From the human T2T-CHM13v2.0 reference genome, Homo sapiens, in NCBI RefSeq assembly GCF_009914755.1, contig NC_060929.1: a stretch of DNA of 64,000 nucleotides; one strand, 5' to 3'. The position numbers were made by a program, and so were the translations under genes. Of this stretch, positions 28,667 to 43,270 are shown piece after piece. The first letter of the stretch is position 1, and each line of letters starts with the position of its first letter. Under the pieces are notes generated by a model. The model was not told the origin of the DNA. It did not search any database and saw only the letters and a list, made by a program, of their open reading frames with translations.

Positions 28667-31600
28667 CCTGCGTGGCTCGCTTTCCTCCTCCGGCCGCCGG
28701 CGGGTGTGATGTGCCGCCGCCGCTGCCCCCGCCGGCGCTGACGGACTGGGGGCGCCGCCCGCGCCCGGGACCGACCCCTCTGCTCGCGGCCGCGCCTTTG
28801 AGGTAAAGCCCCCTGCGCGTAGGTGCTCCGCTGCCAGCCCCGGCCCGGCGGCTGCCTCGGCGCGGCCGCGGCGCCCTCCCTCCCGGGTGGGGCTGGGGTC
28901 CCGGGCGGGTGGGGTGGGGTGCGGCGGGGGCGGCGCCGCAGGCGCGGGTGTCGGGGGAGGGGTGGGCGAGGACCATGGCGGGTGGCCCGGAGGCGTGGGC
29001 AGGAGGGGGCCGCGGTCGGAGGCTGAGGGCGCGGAGGGCTAGGGGGCAGCGGGGGCCGCGGGTGGCGGGTCGGGCTGGGTGCAAAAGTTGCCGGAGTGGT
29101 GCGGCGCGACTGGGGCGGCGAGGGAGGTGGGCCAACTGGGCCGGCGGGGGCTTCCTTAGGAGAGATTGGGAGGTGGGGAGTGTCGCCCACGGTGCTCCTT
29201 GACTGTGTCCAGACAATTACCTTTGGAGTAGGGGCTTCAGGCAGGAAGGAGGCATGGATAGGCTGGGAGGAGGCGACGGGGGCCAGCGTTCAGCTCAGGG
29301 ATAAACTTCCCGTTGGAGTGTTTAAGGGGTTGGGTGGGGGGACACAGGGATTTACCTGTTTCTTAGAGCTTTGACTCAGCTCAAAACTTAACCAAGACAT
29401 TAGTCAAAGGTTAGCAAAATCACTCTGATGGTTACTCTCATGGTGCCGGTTTGTTTGTTTATCCCACATGCAGGGGAAGTGACACTGAGAAGCATCGGGT
29501 CTCTTGGTCCACAGCCTCCACATTTCTTTTCAGCAGGATGAGGAGGGAGATGTGTGTCTACTCGTGGGGTGGGGGTAGTGAGGCCTGTGTCATGGTCATT
29601 CCCCTTCTCCCACCTCATGTTTTAGGGAGGAAAAGTTCAGATGGGGGAGAGAGTGAGTGTGCCTGTGTGTGTGGGAGACAGCTACTGTTGATACACTGTG
29701 TGAATTACTTTCAACTCTTTTGTAGTAAGCACCCAGGCTGGTCAGTGGCTCCTTTTAAATCTTCTATTAAAATATTTACTTTAAATTAGAGAATTAAAAA
29801 TGTACTTATTTTTAATGAATTAAGAAAATAAGTCATTATTTTACTTTTTGCAATTACTTAGTCCGATTCAAATGACATTTGGCCACAGATATGAGAGATG
29901 GCAAACTATATCTAAGATGGGATATAAAATGAAAAGTATATACTTTTTAAAGATGTTTCTTTTTAAAGATGTTTCTTTGAAGAATATTGGCTTTCCCGGT
30001 AAATTTAGAAGAAAAACATTACAGAAATTGTGAGAATAATGTGGAATTAGATGTGAAACTAGTTTAAGAAAATATTTTTCACCAAAAAAATCAGATCTGG
30101 TGTGTGACATTAATAGCTTTCTTTTTTTTTGAGCTGTACTTAGTGTATTTTGTAATTATTTACAAACTTTGCTCCAGTTGTATCTTAGGATAAATTGTCT
30201 TATTCTTTTGTATAGTTAACCTTTATAGTTGCACAAAAGATAAAAGATAAAAATTACCTTTATGGACATTGGAAGAAAGATGTTATCAAATACATTGTGT
30301 GGCTTTGACATACATTCTTAGCAGAATGTACAGACACTTCTGCTTTATGTGAACTGGCATTTCTGAATATGCATTAAATAGAAGTAATTATTGAAATGGG
30401 AGACAGAAAGGTTAATTTTAATGTTGTTATGAATGACATTTTTTTGGGGATCTTGAGAAACGATTGTCTTTACTGATGATTTATTATAGTCATCCACCCC
30501 CTTCTGCCATTCATCAGCTTAAACATTAGTGTGTTATGTAATTATTGACATTTTCATCATTAGATTTAGCAAGCATTTACAATATATTAACAAAATCTTC
30601 AGTACATGAAAGGCATTTATTACTTCCTTGAAAATAAAGGACTGGAATTAGTGGAATCAAGGAATAGTTTAATTCAACCAGGACCACCTTTACTCTGTGG
30701 CAAGGATGGAACAGTGGGTAGAATATGAAGATGAATGAGACTCAGTACTGCCTTCAAGGGAGAAGCAGACATACACAGAGGTAATTCACAGATTCCTGTG
30801 GGTTTTGTTGGAGGTGTATTGGAAGCATGGGGTGTGTGTGTGTGAGATACTAATTTTTGACTGGGAAATTTTGAATGGATGTAGAGCTGGTAACACTCCA
30901 TCTGGGCCTTAACATAGTTTAATAGGCAAAATGGGGACTGAGGGGGTGATGGTGGGGGTAGTTTTCTCGGTGAAGGGAACAGCCTGAGGAAAGGCATGTG
31001 ATTGTGTTATAGGGCTTGTTGAACTGGACATAAGGCTGTTTTGCCAGGAGGTCTTTGTGGGAGAAGCTATGAAAGTAGGTGGAGATCAGGCCATGGAAGT
31101 TCAGCTTGTATTTAAAGATGAGTCAGTTTGAGGCATGAAGGTCCAAATGTACAGATCGTAGGCTGACAGTAGGTAGGCAAATAACGATAGTAAGTTTAAG
31201 GAAACAAGTTATAATAAAATAGTCAATTTTCTATCATTGGCACTACTGAAGGAAAGCAGAAAAGTATATAATCCAAAACAATCTATATATAGTTTCGTTA
31301 AATTTCTTTATTTGCATTTAAATATGGGTGTGTCTGGTAATCTAGTAATTGGTTATACATGAAATCAATCCAGACTGTAAAAATGTGACTCAGGAAGAAA
31401 TGAGAAGCTCTCCAGTTACTTCTCTGTGTCTCCTCTGATCCATCCTGTAATCCTCTCCATGCTGGGAGTAGACTTATTCTGGTATAGTTTATTGTTTCAG
31501 ATGTTTTTCAGAATGGAACAAGCGGTTGTTTTGTTCCAAAGGGCTTCCCAAAAGGATGTGTCAAATTAAATAGAAGGAATGCTGAAGTATTGAATAACAA

Positions 31601-32059
31601 AATATAGGTCATTGAATAGTTATATTATTGTTAATAGTGAGATTTGCTGTGGATGAGATGAAATGTAAAGAATGTATATTTTCACAGAAAGTGGTTTTAA
31701 TGAAGTAATTATAAAAGAATCTGTACGTGAGGAAAATTGATAGTAACAGAGGGATGATAAGATGAGAAATTTTCACAGTTCGGGATTAACGTGTGTGAGG
31801 TTTTTAAGTCATCTTAAATATTAGACGACCCTAAAATAATGTAACCCCACACTTAATCATTATCAAAGGAGTGCTTAGAAAAAAAAATCAGTTTATAAAT
31901 GCAAGTAAAATCATGTTACAGGGAAAATTGTTTGAAGTTTTTTTTTCTTCTCCTAATTATTCCCCTCTTAGCTTCCCTAATTATTCCCCTCTTAGTATTC
32001 AAAAAGGACTTATAACTGAATTTGTGTTCCCTTCAACCTCCCAGTAACAACAATACCTC

Positions 32060-32250
32060 CTATAATTTATTAAGTGCCTACTTTGTATAGAGGCCATAAA
32101 TGATACTATTACGACAACTCTGAGTTAGGTGGTGTAACCTCATTTTTGAGAGCAGGAAACAGTCTTCTAGAGTTTAAATAATGTGTTGAAGATATATCTT
32201 GGAAGTAGCAGAGTGCATATTTGAGTCAGTTTTTTTTTCTGACTTCAAAG
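32060..32250 (-). mobile_element. MIR SINE fragment
   Basis: TTTATTAAGTGCCTAC..CTCATTTT..GGAAACAG..CTGACTTCAAAG. Confidence 0.55.
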
Positions 32251-35079
32251 TCTTAAGCCACCAATGATCTGTTTTTTCTTATCTTCCATCTTCATCCTTT
32301 TTTTGGTCTTTTCTCAAGCGGTTGGCAATTCGTGGTATTAATTGATAGTATGTGTCTGAGTGTTGGTTCTTTATGATGTAATTTCTTCAGAAGCGGTAGT
32401 TTTGAGGTATCTGTCTTTAATTGTGGGATCCTGTAGGTGCAGACAGTATGGTTCTGGTAATTTAAGGCACCTCAGAGCATCACCTTTTGCTGATCTGCAG
32501 GACAGAACTATGCTTGGATTCTTAATGTGTAGAAATCAAATGTGCTTTAATAATGTGAAATGATTTTCAAGGGCATCTGAACTGCTCAGGAAATATGGAA
32601 TGGGAGATAAATGTAGAAATATATAACTTCTAGCGACATGGTGGAGGCTGCTGTTAGACATTTTTTCTTTTTTTTAAGCTCTCTCTGAAAGCTGAGATTT
32701 AGCAACTATAAATGTTTGGGCTTCCCTTCTATTATGAAACCTAAGGAAAGTATGTGTTTATTTGTTGTTAGACCATAGTGATTGGTTATACTCTCTCCTG
32801 CCACTTCGTGCTTATCATCTTAGTTATAAGAAATAACTCTTAACAATGAATTGAAGTGTTTATGTATTGGGGAGATAAGACACACTTTTTTGGTCGCTTT
32901 GTTTACCAATGATATATTACATAGTTGTAATTTATTGAAAATTTATGAGTAAGTTATGTCCACATGGCTAAATCATGTCCGCATTTTTCATAACTTTTCA
33001 ATGGAATGAGAGATGGTCTCATGATACTCTTTTTCTTAAATACAAAGTTTAATGTTTTTTTTCTCTAGGTTAGTAATGTGAGGTTGAAGTTGTATTCAAA
33101 TTTATTACATTTATTTAGATCACTTTGTGTTACCTGGAAGTACTTTCTTCAGTTGATAGCTACATTTGGAAAAAAAGGGAAGAGAGTTACCCTGTTATTC
33201 TGCCATTATATTCTTCATCAAAATGGAGGAAATTCATATGAAGTGCCAAGGACTATGTGATGCCTGCCACATAGTAGGCACTGTGTAAATCTTCTGTCCT
33301 TCATTTCAGAAGTTGCCGATAAGAATTTTAGAGGGTGGATTGGTGGGTAGACAAGCAAAGACTCTCGGGAACACCCTATTACAGGAAAATCTCTCATACC
33401 TGACCTCTGCTTAACCCACTCGTGAGATTAAATGATAGTCTTCATTCTCTCTGTAGAATTTGCTGACTGATGCTCATGCTACATTGAATGACAGTAGACT
33501 ATTCTTTAGTTTTATCTTGAACTTTTATTCCCCCCAGTTACTGTAGACTTACCAAGAAACATTTGTGTTTGTACCCAACACACTGTTATGGCACTTGATG
33601 TTGTAATCACATAGTTTAATGAATTATTATTCAGTGAACTCTGAAGATAAAAAGGCGTTTGTATGAGAACCAATTGGCTACTTTGAAATCAAGTGAGTAG
33701 CCAAAATCAATTATGGTTGAAATAGATGAGGGTTAAATAATTTTAAATGATTAGGGAAAAAAAAACAAAAAACACCTAACGATCTAAAAAAATCTGCAAT
33801 AATATTATTTTTCACGTTTGTAAAATGTCTTTCTGTGTTTAAGAAACAGAAACTGGAAATCACAGGTGTTGTTTTATGGGGGTAGTTTTTGCAAGAAAAA
33901 GGAAATAGAACTTTCTTCGATAGACCCACACTGGAAGAAAAGGCCATAGCTCTGTATTATAAGATTGTCTTGTGAATGGACATTTTTGTTTTAGTTGTAA
34001 TAAAATGTATAGAGTTTGTAGATGTTGAGAAATGATTTCCTTTTTAGGCTAACTTCAGAACCATTTATTAATTGTAATATATTAAAGAAGTCTGCTTCTA
34101 AAACATCATCTTTCCTAGTTTACACTACTGCTTAGAGATTTATTTAATAACATCCTCTTTAAGAAAAAAAAAAAAAAAAAGGAAGATCCTGTTATTCCCA
34201 GAGGTTCATTCCTTAGAGTGAATTGTTTATCTAGTCAGGTGATCAATCTATGGTTCTCACATATTTCCCAGTATGGTCCCTAATCTGATTTCATAAGCTA
34301 CCTTTCAACTTTTATGTACTGTCAGGGTTGAAGGGGTAAGCCTTCTTATAGTTCCAACATCTCCATCCAATTAGGAATGCTGGGGTAGAGGAGATTGTTC
34401 TTTGAAGGAGGAAATGTGACACCCTTGATATATACCAGGAGCACTTGAGCCTCCTATCTCACCTAGCTCAGTCCAAATGGAAAGGAGAACTTTCAGTTGA
34501 AGGAGCAGGAAGTCCAGGTTGGAGAAGGAGTGGTATATGTGGTATGCTATTTATTTTGGTGTAACCACATTGCTTGCTGAATTACAGTAGATGCTGAAAT
34601 GGCACATTGAAGTATGAAGGTAGGGTGGGTGGCTCCAAGCTAGTACTTGAGAGCTCTGGTCTGCCCCTCTGTGATTTTCTTGGCTGTTTGTCTTCTGTGT
34701 GTTGGAGTCATCCTAAGGCCAGCAGCAAGATCACATCTAGACATGCACTGGCCAGAGGATGGAATGGATCTCTCTCTCTCTTTCTGTCTGTGTCTCTGGA
34801 AAAGCAAATACATCTTTTGCATAAGCCTACCAACATATTTTTCTCTTCGTATCTTATTGACCAGAATTAGGTCACATGAACGTCCTAACTAGTTATCATA
34901 AGGGAAGTAAGGTTATCATGGTTGGTTTCTACTAATCAGGAGATACCTTCTGCAATTGGTGTTGGGATCACATTTTTCTGAGTTAGATGGAAGAGGGAGG
35001 ATATTTTAAAAAAATTGTGGGAAGGAAGAATTTGGGGGATATGGATGTTAGAGAGATGATAAATAGTGATCGCTGTGTC

Positions 35080-35290
35080 TACCTGTTTTGAAGCGATTCT
35101 CGTGCTTCAGCGTCCCAAGTAGCTGGGATTACAGGTGCATGCCACTGCACCCAGCTAATTTTTGTATTTTTAGTATACATGGGCTTTCTCCATGCTGGCC
35201 AGGCTGGTCTCGAACTCCTGGCCTCAAGTGATCTGCCTGCCTTGGCCTCCCAAAGTGCTGGGATTATAGGCTTGAGTCACCGTGGCTGGC
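35080..35290 (-). mobile_element. Partial Alu
   Basis: Reverse Alu lacking its 3' end, adjacent to the next Alu. Confidence 0.88.
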
Positions 35291-35296
35291 AAGTTA

Positions 35297-35583
<287 letters not shown>

Positions 35584-38409
35584 TGGGTCTGAATATTTTA
35601 GGAGCTAAAAACACTACTTTATTTTTTCATTGGCTAACTTTGAATCAATAAAATAGGTGGTGAAGTTGAAAGATTATAATTTTTTTCTATGAAACTCATG
35701 AAGCCATTTAATTTTACATTAAAATTTTTTCCTATAAACTTGTTTAAATTTTTTTTTCTGCATTGTTGCTTTCCTTCCTCACCATGAAGTTGCCCATACC
35801 TTTGATTTCATTGATTACTTTGCTTATCATATCTAGGGGAGAATAAGTGCATTGAGGAAATGGGAGTTTCTTGGTCAGAAGGATTTATTTTGAATCCTGG
35901 AATTCCAGTGAGATTGGAGGAAAGGATGGTTTTTACATATTTTGAGAGCAGCAGAGTTGGTAAGGGGTTGGGGAGGAAGGGAAGGACCATAGGATTTTAG
36001 ACTTAAAATGAATCATAGGAAGATTGAAATGCTCAAGCCACACACCTGATTAGTAGAACTCTTATATCCTAATTACTAGTGGAGTGCTCTTTCTGAGTAA
36101 GAATTAGGAGGCCATAATAATCTTGTCTACTTTACAGTTTTGCTCAGGACTGTGGGCTACCAATGTAAATCAGTCAGCTAATCACCTTTAGTACAGATAC
36201 CTGTGTTCTTAGGCTTTGGAAAAATTTAACCAGAAGTTTTCTTTTTTTTCCAGTAAAATAAGTAAACAGACAAAATTTTTCAGCTTGCCTCAAGCAGTCA
36301 ACAACAATGACAACATCACACAGAAAGACAGGCAGACACACACACATGGAATAATCTTAAACCTAGCCTGCTTAAATGAAAATGCAAAAGCAGACTGTTT
36401 GGGACAATTCATTATTTTATTTTCAAGAAAATGATCTTAAGCATTTCTTTACCATCAATATATGTAAATGAAAGGAATATATATGTGCATATATACTATA
36501 CATGTATACATAGATACATATATGTATGGGTTGTAAGTATATGGAGTAAATCCATCCATCTTCTGGAAGAATATTTATGTTAATGTCAGTTGTTTATAAA
36601 TGGTGAGATTTAGGATGATTTTTATTTTTATACTTCATTTACTTCTCTATATTGTTTGGGTTTTCAGCTGTCACTGTGCATTATTTCTACCATCAGAAAA
36701 AACAGTAATTTTTTTTTTTTTTTTGAGGGGGGTAGAATCTTGGGGTGGGATGTGTTTTCTACCAGTTTAGATTTTAATATATAACTGCTTTCCTTGTATA
36801 TTACCATGAATAAAGTGTGCCTCAAATGTATTGATACTTTGCAGATTTCTTTATGTTTAAAATTGGATGTATTAAAATTACTTATCTTAAAATTTTAAAT
36901 TGAAATTGGCCATATAATATCTTTTGGTACAAATATACATTATAAAATTAGTGGACTTCTGAATATTTTGAAATTATTGTGTTATTTATTTTTTTAGTTT
37001 GTTTGGTTTGACTTCAGGTGGTATACTAGGCAGTGTATTAGACTGTGATTTATTAGAGTTAAAATTATATTCAGAATTTCCTTTAGTAAAAAGGGAAGTG
37101 AAAATGTTTTTTTTCTTTACACCCACTGTGTGTCATGTTTATTTTCTATTTCTGTGAAATACTTATTTTATATTCTAGCAATGAATACTTTCAAGTGGCA
37201 GGCAAATATATTAGGTAATCAGGACAGAAGAGAGAAAATTTATGGTATTCTATAAGTCTTAGGGTGTGCAAATTTATGACTACAGGACCTTTTAATAAAA
37301 TTCTAATTTGGAGTACAAAAATAGTCTAGTATTGTTTTGGAGATGAAACTAGTAGGTGTCAGTTTTAGATGACCTTGAAAAAAAGTGTTTATAGATGCAT
37401 ATTTTTTACAAAACATTATTTTCTTTTCTACATTTATTTTAGGGAATCTGACAACAGTCTGACTCTCCCTACTCCAAAAATGTAAATCTTTAAATCTTAA
37501 AGATGTGGAATCTTGTGATGCCAGTTTTTATTTTAAAAAAAGGATCTTTACTGAGTACTTTTTCTGTCATACGAGTATCAGGATATATTGTTGCTGATGT
37601 GTCTTTATATAATTGAGATTCTGCAAATGTTTGTAGTTAATAAAGTATCAAAATATAATCAGCTCCTTAAGATAATTGTTTTGAGTATTTTCTGATATCT
37701 ATTGAAAGTCGATAACTAGAATGCATATTGTGAGTTTGCTTATTATTGTATGCTTTGCTGTTTACCTTAATACCTACTAATGAAGGTGGTTTTTTTAAGA
37801 CTGAAAAAGAAATCCTGAGCATTTGGGAATGAGAATATCCAATAAGCTAAAATTAATTTTACTATACACACTTGTTTAAAAATTTCCAGTTGAAAATTAG
37901 TAATTTTTCTTCTGTGACAGAGTAAATGAAAGAAGAAAAATGGACAATTTTAAAGATAGTTCATGCAGTCCTTGCTATGGGCTGGGAATGCTAACATTTA
38001 ACTAAATAGATGAGAGGAGGGAAGGATTTGTGGAGAAAGTTTTTACTAGTGGTTCTTGGCCCGAGTTCATATTACAGTTTTCTTGGGAGCTTAAAAAAAA
38101 AAGACAGATGTTGGGATTCTACCCATGCTAATTTATATTCCATAAATAATCAGTAGGGCCTGGAAAGGGCTAGGGCATTGATATATTTTAGGATTTCTAC
38201 AGACGATTCCAGTGTCCTGCAGGGTTGAAAATAACTAATTTCTCCTTCTTTTTACACTCTCAGCCCTTTAAAAAAATGGCTTTCTTTTATTTTCCAACTG
38301 TCTTTTTAAAATTTGAGGTGGAGGTATGAAGATGACACAGAAGAAAATGCAAAGAAAATATTAGCAAGAGAATCAAGTTAAAGTAGTGGCTTCTGCTCAT
38401 AGCTTCATA

Positions 38410-39038
<629 letters not shown>

Positions 39039-41546
39039 CTTAGCATCCTTAGTGAGGCCCCTATATTCATTGCTCATTAGCAGTCTTTGATTAAGTATAA
39101 CGCCAAAGTTAGAGGATTTCTGAAGCTTGGAAAGTTTGTTATGGGGAAATTTATCAAATATAAATTAAGGCATCAATTCAGTTGTTTCTGGAAATCTTAG
39201 GAGACCTAAGTGATATCTCTAAAGTTATTATAAATTATAAGAGGGGAAGAAGTGTTACTAATAAAAAGTTATTCATTTTAGGTTATATTTATCATATTTA
39301 CAATATCATTGAGCTGTATTTTTTATGGAACATCAGGATGGAAGGGACTTCAAAGATTATTTAGTATAACTGCACTTCTGCTTTCTTCTTTTTTATACCA
39401 CTGTTGATGAGGAACGGTCTCTGTTTATTCCCGCTCAGTGAAAAAATTTTACCTTAGTTATAGTATATTGTGTTTATTGCATATAGTTTATATTGTTTAT
39501 ATTGCATATAGTCTGGAAATATATACACATAAATACACTATGATAATAGGGTTTTATAGGGTTATTGTATCTTGATATTTAGGACAAAATTAGGGTCCTT
39601 TTAGTGACTGATTTGATGTTGCTTCCTGGGTCAGGAACACCCTCAGCAGTTACAGTGTTTTTTTCTGTGACAAAATGAGAGCAAGCCATTTTAGGATGAG
39701 TTCAATATATTCAATTCAATGAACATTTTTTGTGTGGTGGCAAAATTGGATTTGGCAGTTCTATAAATTGCAAGGGTTAGATTTCTGAAAACTGCCCTGA
39801 TAGGAGAATGTGGTACAGAAATTTAGCACCGGGTAGAGTTTAGAGGACGTGTTATGTGAACCAGTAGGAGACTTTTAGAATTATTCTGGATTCACCAAAA
39901 TGCCACAATAAAATTGGTACATGATAAAGAGTAATGAGTACCGTTCTATAGGACCTAATTCCTTTTCAACAGTTCTAACATCCACAGCACTCTGAAACCC
40001 AAAACTTTTTCTGTGTGTTTGGTACAAATTGATTTTTTCACAAAATCTGTTCTGAACTGTTCTCTTTATTTCATATATTTAAAGGTTTCATTGTGGAAAT
40101 AGCAAATGTTTGATTATAGTGTGCTGTCCTAGGCTTCTCTGTACTATCCCAGCCTTCTCTAGAGGTGGTGTTAAATATATGGTGTATACCCACTGTATCA
40201 CCTGTCAAAAATCTCTAGACATTCTGAATTCTAAGACATGTTTGACTGCCAGAATGCTGGAAAACAAACTATGGACCTGCAGCAACCCCTTAATAGAAAC
40301 TATTCCATATCTTACTTCTCTGAGGTGGAGTTTCAGTAAGGTGCTAGTAAATTTCTTCTGCCTTTTTTCTTGTAAATATATAAATGCAAAGTGGCATTTT
40401 ATTTGAATCTGTGTTAGTTTCTTTAACAGTTGTTGAAAACTCTCCTGGGTTTTTGATACTAAGTTATTAACTCTGGTCCTGTGGGTCCCACTGTAGTTCC
40501 AGAAGCGTTGTGTAATTAGGATGCTTGAGACGGAAAATGTTTTGGGTAACTTTGGCATGACTGAGTATTCATCAAACACTCTTTTTAGTCCTTGGGGTTA
40601 CATAATTTTACCTTTGCACATGATAACTTCATGCCAAAGCGCCTACAGGCAGCCCTCTCTTTTACATATCTTGGCTTACTTTTTTAATAATAGAAAGAAG
40701 CAGGGGTGTGGTTGCAATCCCTCTGTTTTAGTTTCCTTAAACTTCCTTAATTTGTTTTTAAGACTTCGTTTCAAGTATATTTATATCTGCTTTGGCTTAT
40801 TCTTATTTTTTGCCTCCGGTTCCTATTCCCATACTTTGTGGTTCTTCTCATTTCTTTTCCTCTTCCTCCTCCTCCCCCACTGTAAGATAATATTCCTCAA
40901 GAAGAAAAACTTATAGTTATCGTATTCTGTATCAGAAAAATTTTCTGCCTGCCAGAAAGGTGACAAATAAATCTGTATATTTTAGTATTATAGTTTTCTG
41001 AAGAGGACCTTGTTTTAAGGGAATGGTTATTGTACTTCTTGTGCAGAGGTAGTGTTCTGTGTATGTGGTCTCTTTTCTTTCCATCCTTAAACACTGAAGG
41101 ATAATGGGTGGGGGGGAGCACTGGTGTTATATGCTTTTTAAGCTGTGTTTTCAAGTTCAGCAAGATACCAGGCACTCTCTAGATCCTAATAGGAGCATGT
41201 GAACCTTATAGGTAGCCATTCTTCTCCACCTCAAGAATAAGATTTAAAACTTAACACAGTTAGGTTATATGCACTGGCTTTGTGCTCGGAAAGCACTATA
41301 ATTCTATTGTAGTTCGTATCATATTTTCTGTTGTTGCTCATTTAAACTATGTGATGTCAGACAGGTTGTCTTGTTTGCCATTTGTATTTCCTGCCTTTAG
41401 CACATAATAGGTCTTTAATGATCACTTATTTGTTGAATGGATTGTTTCTGTCTTTTTTTTTTTTAATTAGGGAGAATGTTAACATGGGAGAGCCTTGATT
41501 AAACGCCTTGCAAGGCACCAAGCTTGTCCTACACCAGTTGTTTGCA

Positions 41547-41826
41547 TTTTTTTTTTTTTTTGAGACGGAGTCTCACTCTGTCGCCCAGGTTGGAGTGCAG
41601 TGGTGCGATCTCGGCTCACTACAACCTCTGTCTCCGGGTTCAAGCACTTCTTCTGTCTCAGCCTCTCAAGTAGCTGGGATTATAGGCGTGTGCCACCACG
41701 CCCCGCTAGTTTTTGTATTTTCACCATGTTGACCAGGCTTGGTCTCAACTTCCTGACCTCAAGCGATCTGCCCACCTCGGCCTCCCAAAGTGTTGGGATT
41801 ACAGGCGTGAGGCACCATGCCTGGCA
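41547..41826 (-). mobile_element. Alu SINE (AluS)
   Basis: Reverse Alu; TSD GTTTGCATT. Confidence 0.92.
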
Positions 41827-41943
41827 GTTTGCATTGTTACAGTTGTATGAGACAATCTCAAACACACAAAGTGTTTCCAATTTAAATAAAATAATAAACA
41901 CAAGCATCTGACTTAGCTGCTCAGGCTTAAAAGTAGAAATACT

Positions 41944-42580
<637 letters not shown>

Positions 42581-42769
42581 TAGAAATCAATTTTTTTTTA
42601 AATGGCAGAAGTTAAAATTAAAATTAAATTTATTAGTGGGTGGCCAGACAGTTTTGTTAAAGGAAATATTCTCTTTTTTTTTAGCATTTCAATTAGTTAT
42701 GATTTTAAGATATTTTTATATTAAATAGTTTTTCTCTCTAAAATTCACTCTGCCAATAATCAAAACACA

Positions 42770-43069
42770 AAAACAGTTCTATCACCCCTTAAAATTCCCC
42801 TTGCAGTCAACTTCTCCCACTCCTAGCAGCCACTGATTTGTTTTCTCTTTCTATAATTTTGCTTTTTCTAGAATATCATATAAATTGAAACATGTGTTAT
42901 ATAACCTTTTGATTCTGGCTTCTTTCACTTTGCAGAATGCATTTGAGAATCATCTATATTGTAGCGAGTGTCAGTGGTTTCTTTTTACTGCTGAGCAATA
43001 TTCCATTGTATGGATGTACCTCACCACATTTATCTATTTGCCCATTAAGAAATGTTTCATTCATGTACA

Positions 43070-43116
<47 letters not shown>

Positions 43117-43270
43117 AACATAATTTTTTTTTCCTTGAGTATGATCCTAAAGTTGGGATTGTTGGGTCATATGGCAAGTGTGTGTTTAACTTTGTAAGAA
43201 ACTGCCAAACTATTTTTCAAAGTGGCAGTACCATTTTTATTCCCACTGGCAATATAGAAGAGTTCTAGTA
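42770..43270 (-). mobile_element. L1M 3' fragment containing (TG)n at 43073-43113
   Basis: CTGGCTTCTTTCACT..ATTCCATTGTATGGATGTACC..AAACTGCCAAACT. Confidence 0.8.

Larger units (their letters stand above)
28410..28802 (+). other. CSNK1G3: CSNK1G3 exon 1 (non-coding 5'UTR; start approximate)
   Basis: Donor GAG|GTAAAG at 28802/28803 inside the CpG island, followed by G-rich intronic sequence; TSS inferred from motif positions. Confidence 0.82.
28200..29190. promoter_or_regulatory. CSNK1G3: CpG island / CSNK1G3 promoter
   Basis: Abrupt GC- and CpG-rich segment in an AT-rich background, spanning exon 1 and the start of intron 1. Confidence 0.95.

Noticed and set aside
28416-29216. Long minus-strand ORFs (266 aa and 230 aa) and overlapping plus-strand ORFs in the CpG island
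   Set aside because: Low-complexity Pro/Arg/Ala/Gly translations expected from stop-codon depletion in GC-rich DNA; no recognisable domain
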